In this document: positions 19,763 through 29,022 of the stretch, one piece after another
How the letters are laid out: each line of letters opens with the position of its first letter
Numbering within the stretch: position 1 is the stretch's first letter
Assembly (NCBI GenBank): GCA_022768945.1
Contig: JALEKY010000003.1
Location: 1,135-65,134, forward strand
DNA: 64,000 nucleotides
From: Christensenellaceae bacterium
Lineage (GTDB): Bacteria; Bacillota; Clostridia; Christensenellales; Borkfalkiaceae
Reading direction: 5' to 3'
Notes under the pieces: model-generated
Database searches by the model: none
What the model saw: only the letters and a program-made list of their open reading frames with translations
Told to the model about the DNA's origin: nothing
Translations under genes and position numbers: made by a program

Positions 19763-20250
19763 TTAACGTTTGTTTTGTGTGTCACGGCAATATATGTAGA
19801 AGCCCTATGGCTGAATTCGTTTTTCGTGATTTATGTGAGAAAAAGGGCACTTTATCGAAATTCAACGTCACCTCGAGGGCAACGAGCAATGAAGAAGAGG
19901 GAAATCCGGTTCACTACGGAACAAAGAGGATTCTCGCGCGCCTCGGAATAGACGTTTCAGGAAAATATGCCGAGAGAATATCAAAGGACGATATAGAAAA
20001 AGCCGACTATATAATAATTATGGACGAATATAACCGAGGGAACCTCTATAGACTTGCCGACAGATACGGTGAAAAATACAAAAATGCCGTCATTGAAAAA
20101 ACTCGTACGCTACTTTCTTTTACAAAACGCGGAGGGAATATAGCCGATCCCTGGTATACCGGCGATTTCGAAAAAACATACGAAGACGTAAAAGAAGGTT
20201 GCGAGTGCTTTTACGATTTTCTTTCGGCGGCAGAGACAAATAGAAATTAA
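19759..20250 (+). CDS. low-molecular-weight protein-tyrosine phosphatase
   Basis: It has the P-loop VCHGNICRSPMAE and DPWY with the Asp general acid. An ATGA overlap links it to tcdA. Confidence 0.8.
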   Translation: MINVCFVCHGNICRSPMAEFVFRDLCEKKGTLSKFNVTSRATSNEEEGNPVHYGTKRILARLGIDVSGKYAERISKDDIEKADYIIIMDEYNRGNLYRLADRYGEKYKNAVIEKTRTLLSFTKRGGNIADPWYTGDFEKTYEDVKEGCECFYDFLSAAETNRN

Positions 20251-20255
20251 AAACA

Positions 20256-20933
20256 ATGAAAAATTGCAAATTAAAATACAAATGCGTCGTACTCGATCAC
20301 GACGACACGGTTGTTGAAACGTCAAAAGATATACATTACCCTTCGTTCGTAAAATCTCTTTCCGTACTCAGACCGAGAATTAAAATCGGTTTCAACGAAT
20401 TTATGAAATATTGCTTTTCGCCCGGCTTCTTTGCGTTTCTTAAAGAAAATCTTAAATATACGGACGAAGAAATCAAGTATCAGTTAGACGTGTGGAAGAA
20501 GGACGTCAGTTCCGTCGTTCCGAAAGCATACGATGGCGTAAATGAGATTATACTGAAAATAAAAGAACTCGGCGGAATTATCGTAGTCGTTTCTCATTCT
20601 GCCGAAGATATAATTTTAAGAGATTACAAGGAGAATTTCGGAGTGTTGCCGGACGCGGTTTTCGACGGATCGTTACCGGACGATAAACGTAAACCGTCCG
20701 TCTATCCGCTTGAAAAGACAGCGGAGTTTTTCTCAGTCGAAAAGAAAGATATTGTCGTAATAGACGATCTTAAGCCCGGTATGGACATGGCGAAGAATTT
20801 CGGCGCGGATTTTTATGCCGCAGGTTGGTCGCATTTCGACGAGGAAACGAAAAGATTTCTGAAAGAGAATGCGGACGGATATCTCGAAAGAGTGTCGGAT
20901 TTAAAAAACGTCTTGTTCGAATACAAAGATTGA
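20256..20933 (+). CDS. HAD-superfamily hydrolase
   Basis: 225 aa with an N-terminal VVLDHDDTVV (DxD-type) motif and a distal VVIDDLKPG motif. Confidence 0.6.
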   Translation: MKNCKLKYKCVVLDHDDTVVETSKDIHYPSFVKSLSVLRPRIKIGFNEFMKYCFSPGFFAFLKENLKYTDEEIKYQLDVWKKDVSSVVPKAYDGVNEIILKIKELGGIIVVVSHSAEDIILRDYKENFGVLPDAVFDGSLPDDKRKPSVYPLEKTAEFFSVEKKDIVVIDDLKPGMDMAKNFGADFYAAGWSHFDEETKRFLKENADGYLERVSDLKNVLFEYKD

Positions 20934-20967
20934 AAAAGTGCCTTATATCGCACGTTAATAGATAAAT

Positions 20968-21960
20968 ATGAAAAGAATTTTATTGATTGCCACAGGCGGA
21001 ACGATAGCTTCCCGCCCGACCGAAGACGGTTTGAAACCCGAAATATCTACCGAAGAAATACTCAGCTACGTACCCGAAATTAAAGACGTTGCCGAAGTTT
21101 CATGCATTCAACTATTCAACATCGACAGTACAAATCTTTACTATAAGCATTGGCTTGCGATTACCGAGTGCATTAAGAACAATTACGACGAATACGACGG
21201 GTTTGTGGTTACCCACGGTACGGATACTATGGCATATACCGCTTCGGCTATTTCCTATCTCGTCCAGAACAGTAAAAAGCCGATAGTGTTTACAGGCTCC
21301 CAAAAGTCGATTTATATGAAGGATACCGACGCGCGCAACAATCTTTATAACGCGTTTCTGTATGCTTGCTCGCCTTACGCGTGTCTTGTTCATATCGTTT
21401 TCGAAGGTAAAATCATAATAGGAAACAGAGCGAGAAAAACGAGGACAAAAAGCTACAATGCTTTTTCAAGTGTAGATTTCCCCGAAGTCGGCGTTATCCG
21501 CGACGGAAGAATTATAATGTATATTACCGAGTACGTCGAAAAGTTTTATCCCGATTTTTATTTCGATCTTGATCATAAAGTATTTGTTTACAAAATCATT
21601 CCGGGCGATGATTTTTCCGCGCTTTGGCTGATAAAAGATAAATTCGACGCGCTTGTCCTCGAAAGTTTCGGCGCGGGTAATCTTCCGCTGTACGAAAACA
21701 ACGCGCTCGTGAAGTATCTGAGAGATTGGACGACTTCGGGTAAAACCGTCGTGGTCACAACACAAGTCCCTTACGAAGGGAGCGATATGTGCGTTTACGA
21801 AACGGGCAGAACTTTTAAAAACGAAACGGGGATTATCGAAGCGTACGATATGACTTTGGAATCCGTAGTTTCAAAACTGATGTGGATTCTTGCAATCACG
21901 AGAGAACAGAAAGAAGTAGAGGAATTGTTTTATAAACCGGTGCAAAAGGATATTATATGA
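20968..21960 (+). CDS. ansA: L-asparaginase, type I
   Basis: It has LIATGGTIAS and VVTHGTDTMAYTA motifs and is 330 aa long. Confidence 0.85.
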   Translation: MKRILLIATGGTIASRPTEDGLKPEISTEEILSYVPEIKDVAEVSCIQLFNIDSTNLYYKHWLAITECIKNNYDEYDGFVVTHGTDTMAYTASAISYLVQNSKKPIVFTGSQKSIYMKDTDARNNLYNAFLYACSPYACLVHIVFEGKIIIGNRARKTRTKSYNAFSSVDFPEVGVIRDGRIIMYITEYVEKFYPDFYFDLDHKVFVYKIIPGDDFSALWLIKDKFDALVLESFGAGNLPLYENNALVKYLRDWTTSGKTVVVTTQVPYEGSDMCVYETGRTFKNETGIIEAYDMTLESVVSKLMWILAITREQKEVEELFYKPVQKDII

Positions 21961-23390
21961 GTTTTGCTTCACTTAAAAAACAAGATAAATATAGACAGAT
22001 GACCGAAACGCCGATACCTGAGCTCATTACGTATCTTGCTCTACCGACGGTAATCAGCATGCTGATTACGTCCGTGTATAATATGGCGGACACGTACTTC
22101 ATCGGTCATATCCCGGGCGCGAGTATATCGGAAATCACTTCGGCTTCGGGCGCCGTCGCCGTAGTTTTTTCTCTTATGGCGATTATTCAGGCTTGCGGCT
22201 TCTTTTTCGGACAGGGCTCCGGTTCGTATATTTCGAGAGAACTCGGCAATAAAAATAAGGAAAACGCGGAGGAAATGGCGTCTTTCGCGTTTTTTGTTTC
22301 AATGTTTGTCGGCGTTATAATAGGCGCGTTCGGTTTGATTTTTATCGAGCCGCTCGCATACCTTCTCGGTTCTACCGACACGATTTTGCCTTACGCCAAA
22401 GATTACATGTTGTATATTCTTATCGGCGCGCCGTTTATGTGTGGATCGTTTGTGTTAAATAATCAGATGAGATTCCAGGGAAACGCGTATATTTCAATGA
22501 TAGGCATAGTTTCCGGCGCCGCGCTCAATATTTTGTTAGATTACGTTTTCGTTATACATCTCGGAATGGGTACGGCAGGCGCGGGTCTTGCCACTGCAAT
22601 AGGTCAGTTCGTCGGTTTCGTCGTATTGTTTATCGGTATGCGCGTCGGCAATAATCTTAAATTAAAACTTAGAAAATTCCGTTTTTCCTCGCTATATATG
22701 AAGGAAGTCGTAAGGGGCGGGCTTCCGTCTCTTGCAAGGCAAGGACTTGCGAGCGTCGGAACTCTTTCTTTGAATTTTGCGGGCAAGCTTTGCGGAGGAG
22801 ACGCCGTAATTTCTGCTATGGGTATTGTCTCCCGAGTGATGAGCTTTGCTTTTTCGGCGGTTCTCGGTTTCGGACAAGGATTTCAGCCGGTGTGCGGCTA
22901 CAATTTCGGAGCAAAAAAATACGAAAGAGTGAAGGAAGGGTTCTTCTTCTCACTTAAAATCTCAATGTCGATTCTCGTAGTCGTGCTCGCGGTTTTGATC
23001 ATTTTTTCCGATGAAATTATAGGCATGTTTAATGCGGACGAAAATGTTTTGCCAATCGGTAAAGCGGCGTTGATTGCACATTGCGCCGGGTTTTTAGGCG
23101 TTCCGTTTTTAACGTATACTAATATGCTGTTGCAGGTTATAGGTAAAGTCGTTCCGGCTACGCTTCTTTCGACGGGCAGACAGGGATTATTCTTTTTGCC
23201 GATTTTATGCGTGCTTACGCTTTGTTTTAAAGTATGGGGAGTAATTCTTTCGCAGCCTGTGGCAGACGTTCTCGCGTTCGCATTCGCCGTCATTTTGTTT
23301 ATAAAAGAATGTAAAGAGTTGGCTTTGCTTGAAAAACAAAGAGATGAGGAGTCTTTTGAGGCTTTCTCCGAAGCCGAAAAAACAGAATAA
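21957..23390 (+). CDS. MATE family efflux transporter
   Basis: 477 aa, about 12 TM helices, and a MATE-type N-terminus (PELITYLALPTVISMLITSVYNMADTYFIG). Confidence 0.8.
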   Translation: MSFASLKKQDKYRQMTETPIPELITYLALPTVISMLITSVYNMADTYFIGHIPGASISEITSASGAVAVVFSLMAIIQACGFFFGQGSGSYISRELGNKNKENAEEMASFAFFVSMFVGVIIGAFGLIFIEPLAYLLGSTDTILPYAKDYMLYILIGAPFMCGSFVLNNQMRFQGNAYISMIGIVSGAALNILLDYVFVIHLGMGTAGAGLATAIGQFVGFVVLFIGMRVGNNLKLKLRKFRFSSLYMKEVVRGGLPSLARQGLASVGTLSLNFAGKLCGGDAVISAMGIVSRVMSFAFSAVLGFGQGFQPVCGYNFGAKKYERVKEGFFFSLKISMSILVVVLAVLIIFSDEIIGMFNADENVLPIGKAALIAHCAGFLGVPFLTYTNMLLQVIGKVVPATLLSTGRQGLFFLPILCVLTLCFKVWGVILSQPVADVLAFAFAVILFIKECKELALLEKQRDEESFEAFSEAEKTE

Positions 23391-23413
23391 CAATAGAAAG
23401 TTTATGACAAAGT

Positions 23414-23450
23414 TTAAGACGCGACCGTAAATTATGCGGTTGCGTCTTAA
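23414..23450. terminator. 14-bp hairpin between convergent genes (weak U-tracts)
   Basis: TTAAGACGCGACCG/CGGTTGCGTCTTAA with one G-U pair and a 9-nt loop. It lies between the 3' ends of the MATE gene (+) and the small YjzC-like gene (-). Confidence 0.45.
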
Positions 23451-23491
23451 ATAAGGGAAAAATCTTTATCTTTCGTTAAATTGTTGCCGTA

Positions 23492-23650
23492 TTAGCAATT
23501 TGCGAATTCGTAGTAATAATCACTGCTTTGCGTGGGCGGCATTCTGTTGCCTTTTTTAACGGTTACGGTGTCGAGAACCTTTCCGTTTCCGTCTATAACG
23601 TTGTAGCAGCCGGTCTGCGGCGCGATATCGCCGGGATTTAATTTCTGCAT
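23492..23650 (-). CDS. small YjzC-like protein (52 aa)
   Basis: I trimmed the ORF to MQKLNPGDIAPQTGCYNV... with a GGAGG RBS 8 nt upstream. The G-x-Y ... PPT pattern resembles the YjzC family. Confidence 0.5.
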   Translation of the reverse strand: MQKLNPGDIAPQTGCYNVIDGNGKVLDTVTVKKGNRMPPTQSSDYYYEFANC

Positions 23651-23791
23651 TGCGTAAACCTCCTTTTCGTATGTAATTATTGCCCGAAATCGGCAAATTA
23701 TACACGGAAAAAACTTTTTAGTCCGCAAGCAGTAATTGACAATAAAACATTTATTTGTTATAATAACAAAAATAAATAAAAGAGAATAAAT

Positions 23792-24628
23792 ATGAAGAAA
23801 TGTAAAATTTCGCTTACCGGCGATTTGGGGAGCGGAAAAAGCACCCTCTGTAAAATTCTGAAAGAAAAGTTTTCCGCGGAAGTCGTTTCCGTCGGAACCA
23901 TTCAGCGTTCTATGGCGAAAGACATGGGGATGACGACGTGCGAGTTCAGTCATTATATGGAACAGCACCCCGAAATCGACAACCGCTTCGACGAAATGAT
24001 TAAGAGCTATGACTCGGTTAACGACAAGAGCCTGCTCTTCGATTCCCGCCTTGCCTGGAATTTCGTTCCGTCCGCAATGAGCGTTTACGTCACGACGGAT
24101 TTGCAGGTGGCTGCAGAGCGAGTTCTTGCGGCTTGCAGAGAAGACGAAATGTATTCGAGCCTTAAAGAAGCGATGGAAAAACTTTCGGACAGAAGACGGA
24201 GCGAGCTTAAAAGATACTCTTCGATATACGGTCTCGATTTAAATAATATTTTTAATTACGATTTAGTTGCGGACTCCACAACGGCGTCTGCCGAGGAAAT
24301 TGCCGAACTTATTGCCGAAGCTTACTCGGAATACGAAGCGGGTAACAGAGAACAAAAGGCGTATATCTCGGTAAAACGTCTGTACCCGGTAGTCGGCGCG
24401 GAGCCGGGGGGAGAGCTTGTAGGCGAAAAACGCGGGCATTTCTATTTCGTTACCGGCGGTACCGATAAGTTAAAAGAGGGCATTAAAAATAACGTTCCTT
24501 TCGTTAAGGTGAAAATGTGCGAGGGCTTACTTGGAAAAGATAATTTCTGTGGGGAAGAATATAACGATTTTCTGAAAAAGTGGGAAAAAGAAAACGGATT
24601 CTCATATATAAGATATCCGTTTCTATAA
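23792..24628 (+). CDS. cytidylate-kinase-like P-loop NTPase with a ~90-aa C-terminal extension
   Basis: It has P-loop GDLGSGKST and an NMP-kinase-like first ~185 aa. I do not recognise the C-terminal part (KRLYPVV...GHFYFVTGG...). Confidence 0.55.
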   Translation: MKKCKISLTGDLGSGKSTLCKILKEKFSAEVVSVGTIQRSMAKDMGMTTCEFSHYMEQHPEIDNRFDEMIKSYDSVNDKSLLFDSRLAWNFVPSAMSVYVTTDLQVAAERVLAACREDEMYSSLKEAMEKLSDRRRSELKRYSSIYGLDLNNIFNYDLVADSTTASAEEIAELIAEAYSEYEAGNREQKAYISVKRLYPVVGAEPGGELVGEKRGHFYFVTGGTDKLKEGIKNNVPFVKVKMCEGLLGKDNFCGEEYNDFLKKWEKENGFSYIRYPFL

Positions 24629-24634
24629 TGCTTT

Positions 24635-26059
24635 TTAATTTACAAGCGGGCAATCATCCCCGCTTTTTTTATTTGCTTGAAAGCGTTTTGCTTCTCCGGA
24701 TACTTCCTCTACGTACTTCGTAACAGGCTCGCCCGTTTCCTCTATAAGCCGTTTTTGCGCGATAAACGGGACTTTTACGTCCGATTCATCTATTGCAAGG
24801 TAAACTTTGCACGGGGAGAACAGAGGCTCGTCGAGCGCCGCGTAGAGTATCGGCGTTTCGTCCTCCGTCAAATCGAAATAATCGTTAGCCGCGGCGACGC
24901 CTTTTGCCGAACGATAGTCGAAAACGTAACCGAATTCATCGAAAAATTCGGCTATCGCCTCGAGCGTTCCGTCTTCATAGAAATCGTAAACGTAATAATC
25001 TTTTGTTATAAAGCGTATCCCGTTTTCGTTTACAGTTTCGCCTTTTTCGAGTTTTGAAAAAATTTCGCTTGTCTTGTCCGAATTCCTACCGGTAAGTTCG
25101 AAGTAAAGCGTTTCGAACTCAGGCGGCAAACGGTTTGAGTCGGGGAATATAATGCCTTTGTCGAAAAATTCCTTCAGCGCGCCTTTTTCCTTGTCGCAAA
25201 TAATGATTTTGTCGATTGCTTCCGTAGATTTTTTAATAAGGCACGCCGCAAGCGCCAGCCCTGAGGACTCGGATGGCAAGGAAATATTGAGTTTTCCGTC
25301 ATCTGTAGTCATTCCGCCGGCAATCATATCGACATATGCCGAAAGAAGGAAAGCGAAATTCGTTACGGTGTTCAGAAAGTTGTTCGTCCCCATATAGACG
25401 AAGAATGTTTCGTCGCTTTTGTTTTTCTCTATATATTCTCTCGCGCAATCGTAGCTTTCGAGAACTTGCCCTCCTTGTTTTTCGGCGTAAGAAAGTTTTG
25501 CATTTTCATAGTAATCCGACGTTTTTCTGCTGCCTGTAAAAACGACGTTAATTCCGAAGCGAGTGCAAGAGGTTTCACATAAAGAGCAGAAAAAGCTCGT
25601 TTCGTCGGTAACTATTTCAATGTTTTTTTTGTTAAAAAACTCGCGATTTTGCGCGATATAGGTGACTAAAATGTTTGAAGCATAATCTGTCGAGCATGAC
25701 GTCGCGCCTTTGTTTGCTTCTAAAACCGCTTCGTCTTCGGACAGATACACAACGGACGAAATATCCTGACCGAATAAGTTCGGTGCCTGCGATTTATCGT
25801 CGCCGGTCATTTGAGAAGCGCTTTTGGCTGCTTTTTCCGCAAGCGAAAGGCATTCTTTTGACGTTAAATCCGGGAAAAACTTTTTAAGCGTAAACGCCGT
25901 TATTTCTGTAAAATCGCAGTTTTCGAGCTCGGTAAGTTCGTCTTTCGAAACGGACCGGATCGAACTCGGCACGATATTTCCGCCGTCGTTTGGCATTATT
26001 CCGGTAATTACTTCGAACGTAGAGTATTGTTTTTCGTTGTTTCTTGTTGAAGCGTACAA
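24635..26059 (-). CDS. threonine-synthase-like protein with substituted catalytic motifs (probable non-canonical/pseudo-enzyme)
   Basis: It has a TTG start with an AGGAG RBS. The N-terminus YASTRNN..STFEVITGIMPNDGGNIVP matches the long-form ThrC N-domain. Three ThrC motifs are replaced: HGPTLAFKD by KGATSCSTD, SGDTG by DETSF, and PSGNFG by PSESSG. Confidence 0.6.
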   Translation of the reverse strand: MYASTRNNEKQYSTFEVITGIMPNDGGNIVPSSIRSVSKDELTELENCDFTEITAFTLKKFFPDLTSKECLSLAEKAAKSASQMTGDDKSQAPNLFGQDISSVVYLSEDEAVLEANKGATSCSTDYASNILVTYIAQNREFFNKKNIEIVTDETSFFCSLCETSCTRFGINVVFTGSRKTSDYYENAKLSYAEKQGGQVLESYDCAREYIEKNKSDETFFVYMGTNNFLNTVTNFAFLLSAYVDMIAGGMTTDDGKLNISLPSESSGLALAACLIKKSTEAIDKIIICDKEKGALKEFFDKGIIFPDSNRLPPEFETLYFELTGRNSDKTSEIFSKLEKGETVNENGIRFITKDYYVYDFYEDGTLEAIAEFFDEFGYVFDYRSAKGVAAANDYFDLTEDETPILYAALDEPLFSPCKVYLAIDESDVKVPFIAQKRLIEETGEPVTKYVEEVSGEAKRFQANKKSGDDCPLVN

Positions 26060-26237
26060 TTTATTACTCCTGTTGTTTGATTCTATATGTTATTGTACAG
26101 CATAAATGCGATTTTTTCAAATAAAACAGAGGAGAAAATCAAAAATAACGGATTCTTTTTGTGCTATTGCGATTTTACTTTCCTTGACAGTTTGCGCCGG
26201 ATTGTAGTAAACTAAAAGAAAAAATCAAAGGTGAAGT

Positions 26238-27641
26238 ATGAACTTTTCAAAGTATCTCGACGATTGCCGCGAAAAATGTCGCGAACTCGTCAATATATTG
26301 GGTGCCGACTTCGATTACGTCGGCGTTCTCGGTGAAGATTCTCAAAATTTAAGAGTTTTTTCGGATAAGAGAACGTCCGGAATAACGGAAGGGCAGGGCT
26401 ACTGCGGTTTTGTTGTAAAATTGAGCAACGGAGGCGCGGTTTACGAGTATTCTTTCGACGATTTTTCGCTTTCGCCAAAGGAAATTGCGGCTAAAGCCGT
26501 AAGTTCTTTAAAAACGACGGAAAAGATGAAATCAAACACGATTTCCGCAAAATTTCCCGAGTTCGAAAAGATGACGAAATCTTTCAAGCGAGACAGCGAT
26601 TTCGACGATTATTCCGAGGAGGAACTTCTATCCTTCTGTTCGTCGCTTAAAGACGAAATTCTTTCTTCGGAGAAAAACGCGTTGAACGCTCAGGCGATAA
26701 TAGTCACGCGCCGCGACAGCAAGCTGTTCGTTTCTAAAGACAGAGAGCTTGATCAAGTGTACGGGTGGGCTAATTCGTATATGATTTTGACCGTTTCGGA
26801 CGAAGAGGGGAAGATTGTTTCCGCGAGAGAAAACGTCAACTCCGTTAATTTGAAAGACGTTTTCGAAGAGCTTCCTAAGTTAAAGGGAAAGCTGATAAAG
26901 AAAGCGAATTGTCTTCTTACGGCTAAACCGATCGAGCCGGGGGTATACGACGTTATAACAGACTCTTCCATAACGGGGCTTATCGCGCACGAGGCTTTCG
27001 GTCACGGCGTGGAAATGGATCAATTCGTTAAAGATCGTGCTCTTGCCAAAAAGTTTGTTGGCGACTATGTCGCTTCTCCGATAGCAAGCATGCACGACGG
27101 AGCTTCAGCAACCTTGTCCGCTGCTTCGTACTTTTTCGACGACGACGGAATACTCGCTCACGACACGACGATTATCAAAGACGGAATTCTTGTTTCCGGC
27201 TTGTGCGATTTAACCTCCGCTTGCCAACTCGGCGTCGAGCCTACGGGCAACGGCAGAAGGCAGTCGTTTAAAAGGAAGGCGTACGCGCGTATGACTAATA
27301 CGTTTTTCTCGGACGGCACTGATAAGCTCGAAGATATGATTAAATCGGTAAAACACGGATATATGCTTTTCGAAACGAACAACGGCATGGAAGATCCCAA
27401 AAATTGGCAGATACAGTGCACGGCTGAATACGGTATAGAGATTATAAACGGAAAGCTTACGGATAATTACGTTGCTCCGGTTGTGATGAGCGGCTACGTT
27501 CCCGACCTTCTTAAATCAATTACGATGATTTCGGACGGAGGAAAAGTTATAGGAAGCGGAATGTGCGGTAAAGGCTACAAAGAATGGGTTAGAGTATCGG
27601 ACGGAGGACCTTGCCTTAAGGTGAGAGTAAAACTTGCATGA
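26238..27641 (+). CDS. tldD: TldD family metalloprotease
   Basis: 467 aa with HEAFGHGVE (HExxxH) and a Gly-rich C-terminal region. It is paired with a PmbA-like gene. Confidence 0.8.
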   Translation: MNFSKYLDDCREKCRELVNILGADFDYVGVLGEDSQNLRVFSDKRTSGITEGQGYCGFVVKLSNGGAVYEYSFDDFSLSPKEIAAKAVSSLKTTEKMKSNTISAKFPEFEKMTKSFKRDSDFDDYSEEELLSFCSSLKDEILSSEKNALNAQAIIVTRRDSKLFVSKDRELDQVYGWANSYMILTVSDEEGKIVSARENVNSVNLKDVFEELPKLKGKLIKKANCLLTAKPIEPGVYDVITDSSITGLIAHEAFGHGVEMDQFVKDRALAKKFVGDYVASPIASMHDGASATLSAASYFFDDDGILAHDTTIIKDGILVSGLCDLTSACQLGVEPTGNGRRQSFKRKAYARMTNTFFSDGTDKLEDMIKSVKHGYMLFETNNGMEDPKNWQIQCTAEYGIEIINGKLTDNYVAPVVMSGYVPDLLKSITMISDGGKVIGSGMCGKGYKEWVRVSDGGPCLKVRVKLA

Positions 27642-28912
27642 TTAACGTTGAAAAAATACTTAAAGAAAATAAATCTTTAGACGGCTATCGCATAAATACG
27701 AGCAAAACGACTTCTTACGAAAATTTCTACGTAAAGGGAAAGCTTGAAACAGTCAGAGCAACCGAAACCGAAGACGTAAACGCTACCGTTTATACTTCGC
27801 ATGACGGGAAAACCGGAGTTTCTTCGTTTAACGTTCCGCATTCGATGGACGAAAACGGACTTCGCACCGCAGCCGAAAAAGCCGCACACAGGGCGAACCT
27901 CGTTTTCAACGAAAAGTTTCCTTTAGCCGAAGCCGGCGAAGTTTCAAGGGAAATCCATTCGGACGTAAAGAATTATGCTCCCGAGGTTTTATCGGAAAAA
28001 ATCGCGAACGCAGTCTTTTCTTGCGAAACTGGGGAAGAGGGAAAGATAAACGCTCTTGAAATTTTTATTTACAAACACGAAAATTCCGTTGTAAACAGCA
28101 ACGGCGTAAATAAATCCGAAACGAAATATTCCGTCATGGTGGAGGCGATTCCCACGTGGAATGAGAAGGACGAGTCGGTCGAACTTTACGAAGCGATTCA
28201 TTTTACGTCTTTCGACGAGGACAAATTAAAAGCCGAGATTGCCGAAAAGATGAGAGAAGTTCGCGACAGAAAACACGCCGTTTTGCCCGATGAAAAGAAA
28301 TTCGATTTCATTCTTTTCCGCAAAAAAGAAATTGCCGAGTTGCTGGATAATCTCGCGGGCGATTTTAATTATCGCACCGTGTATTCTCGTTCGAACGTTT
28401 TCAAAAAAGGCGATTTGCTTCAGAATAACCCGACGGGAGATAAACTTACGATTACAATGCAAGCCGAAGCCGATGGCTGTCGATACTCTGCGTTGTTTGA
28501 CGCCGACGGCGTTACGTTGAAAGATAAAACGGTGGTAAAGGACGGTAAAGTCGTTTCTTATTACGGCGGAAACAGGTTCGGTTCTTATCTTAAAGAAGAA
28601 ATTACCGGTGAACTTTCGTGTATAGTAGTTGAGAAAGGAAGCTTGACGGATAGTGATTTATCCGGCAAAAAATATCTCGAATGCGTTTCTCTTTCCGGAC
28701 TGCAGGTGGATTTGTTTAACGATTATATAGGCGGCGAAATCAGACTTGCATATATGCACAAGGGAGATGAGGTCGTTCCCGTAACGGGAATTGCGTTCAG
28801 CGGAAAACTCAGCGACGCCCTTTCGACTATGCGCTTATCTGCTTCTGTAGACGTTGAAGAGAATTACGTCGGCCCGGATATGATGACGGTCGAAAAAATG
28901 AACGTGGTATAA
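27638..28912 (+). CDS. PmbA/TldE family protein
   Basis: 424 aa. An ATGA overlap links it to tldD. It has a TldD/PmbA-fold C-terminal region and no HExxxH. Confidence 0.7.
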   Translation: MINVEKILKENKSLDGYRINTSKTTSYENFYVKGKLETVRATETEDVNATVYTSHDGKTGVSSFNVPHSMDENGLRTAAEKAAHRANLVFNEKFPLAEAGEVSREIHSDVKNYAPEVLSEKIANAVFSCETGEEGKINALEIFIYKHENSVVNSNGVNKSETKYSVMVEAIPTWNEKDESVELYEAIHFTSFDEDKLKAEIAEKMREVRDRKHAVLPDEKKFDFILFRKKEIAELLDNLAGDFNYRTVYSRSNVFKKGDLLQNNPTGDKLTITMQAEADGCRYSALFDADGVTLKDKTVVKDGKVVSYYGGNRFGSYLKEEITGELSCIVVEKGSLTDSDLSGKKYLECVSLSGLQVDLFNDYIGGEIRLAYMHKGDEVVPVTGIAFSGKLSDALSTMRLSASVDVEENYVGPDMMTVEKMNVV

Positions 28913-28963
28913 TTTTTGATTAAAATATATAGATAACCTGCGATATACGCGGTTAATTAAAAA

Positions 28964-28996
28964 GGCGAGCGATTAAAATGTCGCACGCCTTTTTTA
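28964..28996. terminator. bidirectional intrinsic terminator
   Basis: GGCGAGCGA-loop-TCGCACGCC (one mismatch) is flanked by an A-run upstream and TTTTTT downstream. It lies between convergent genes. Confidence 0.65.
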
Positions 28997-29022
28997 ATAA
29001 GAAACAGAATCCTTAAACTGTT

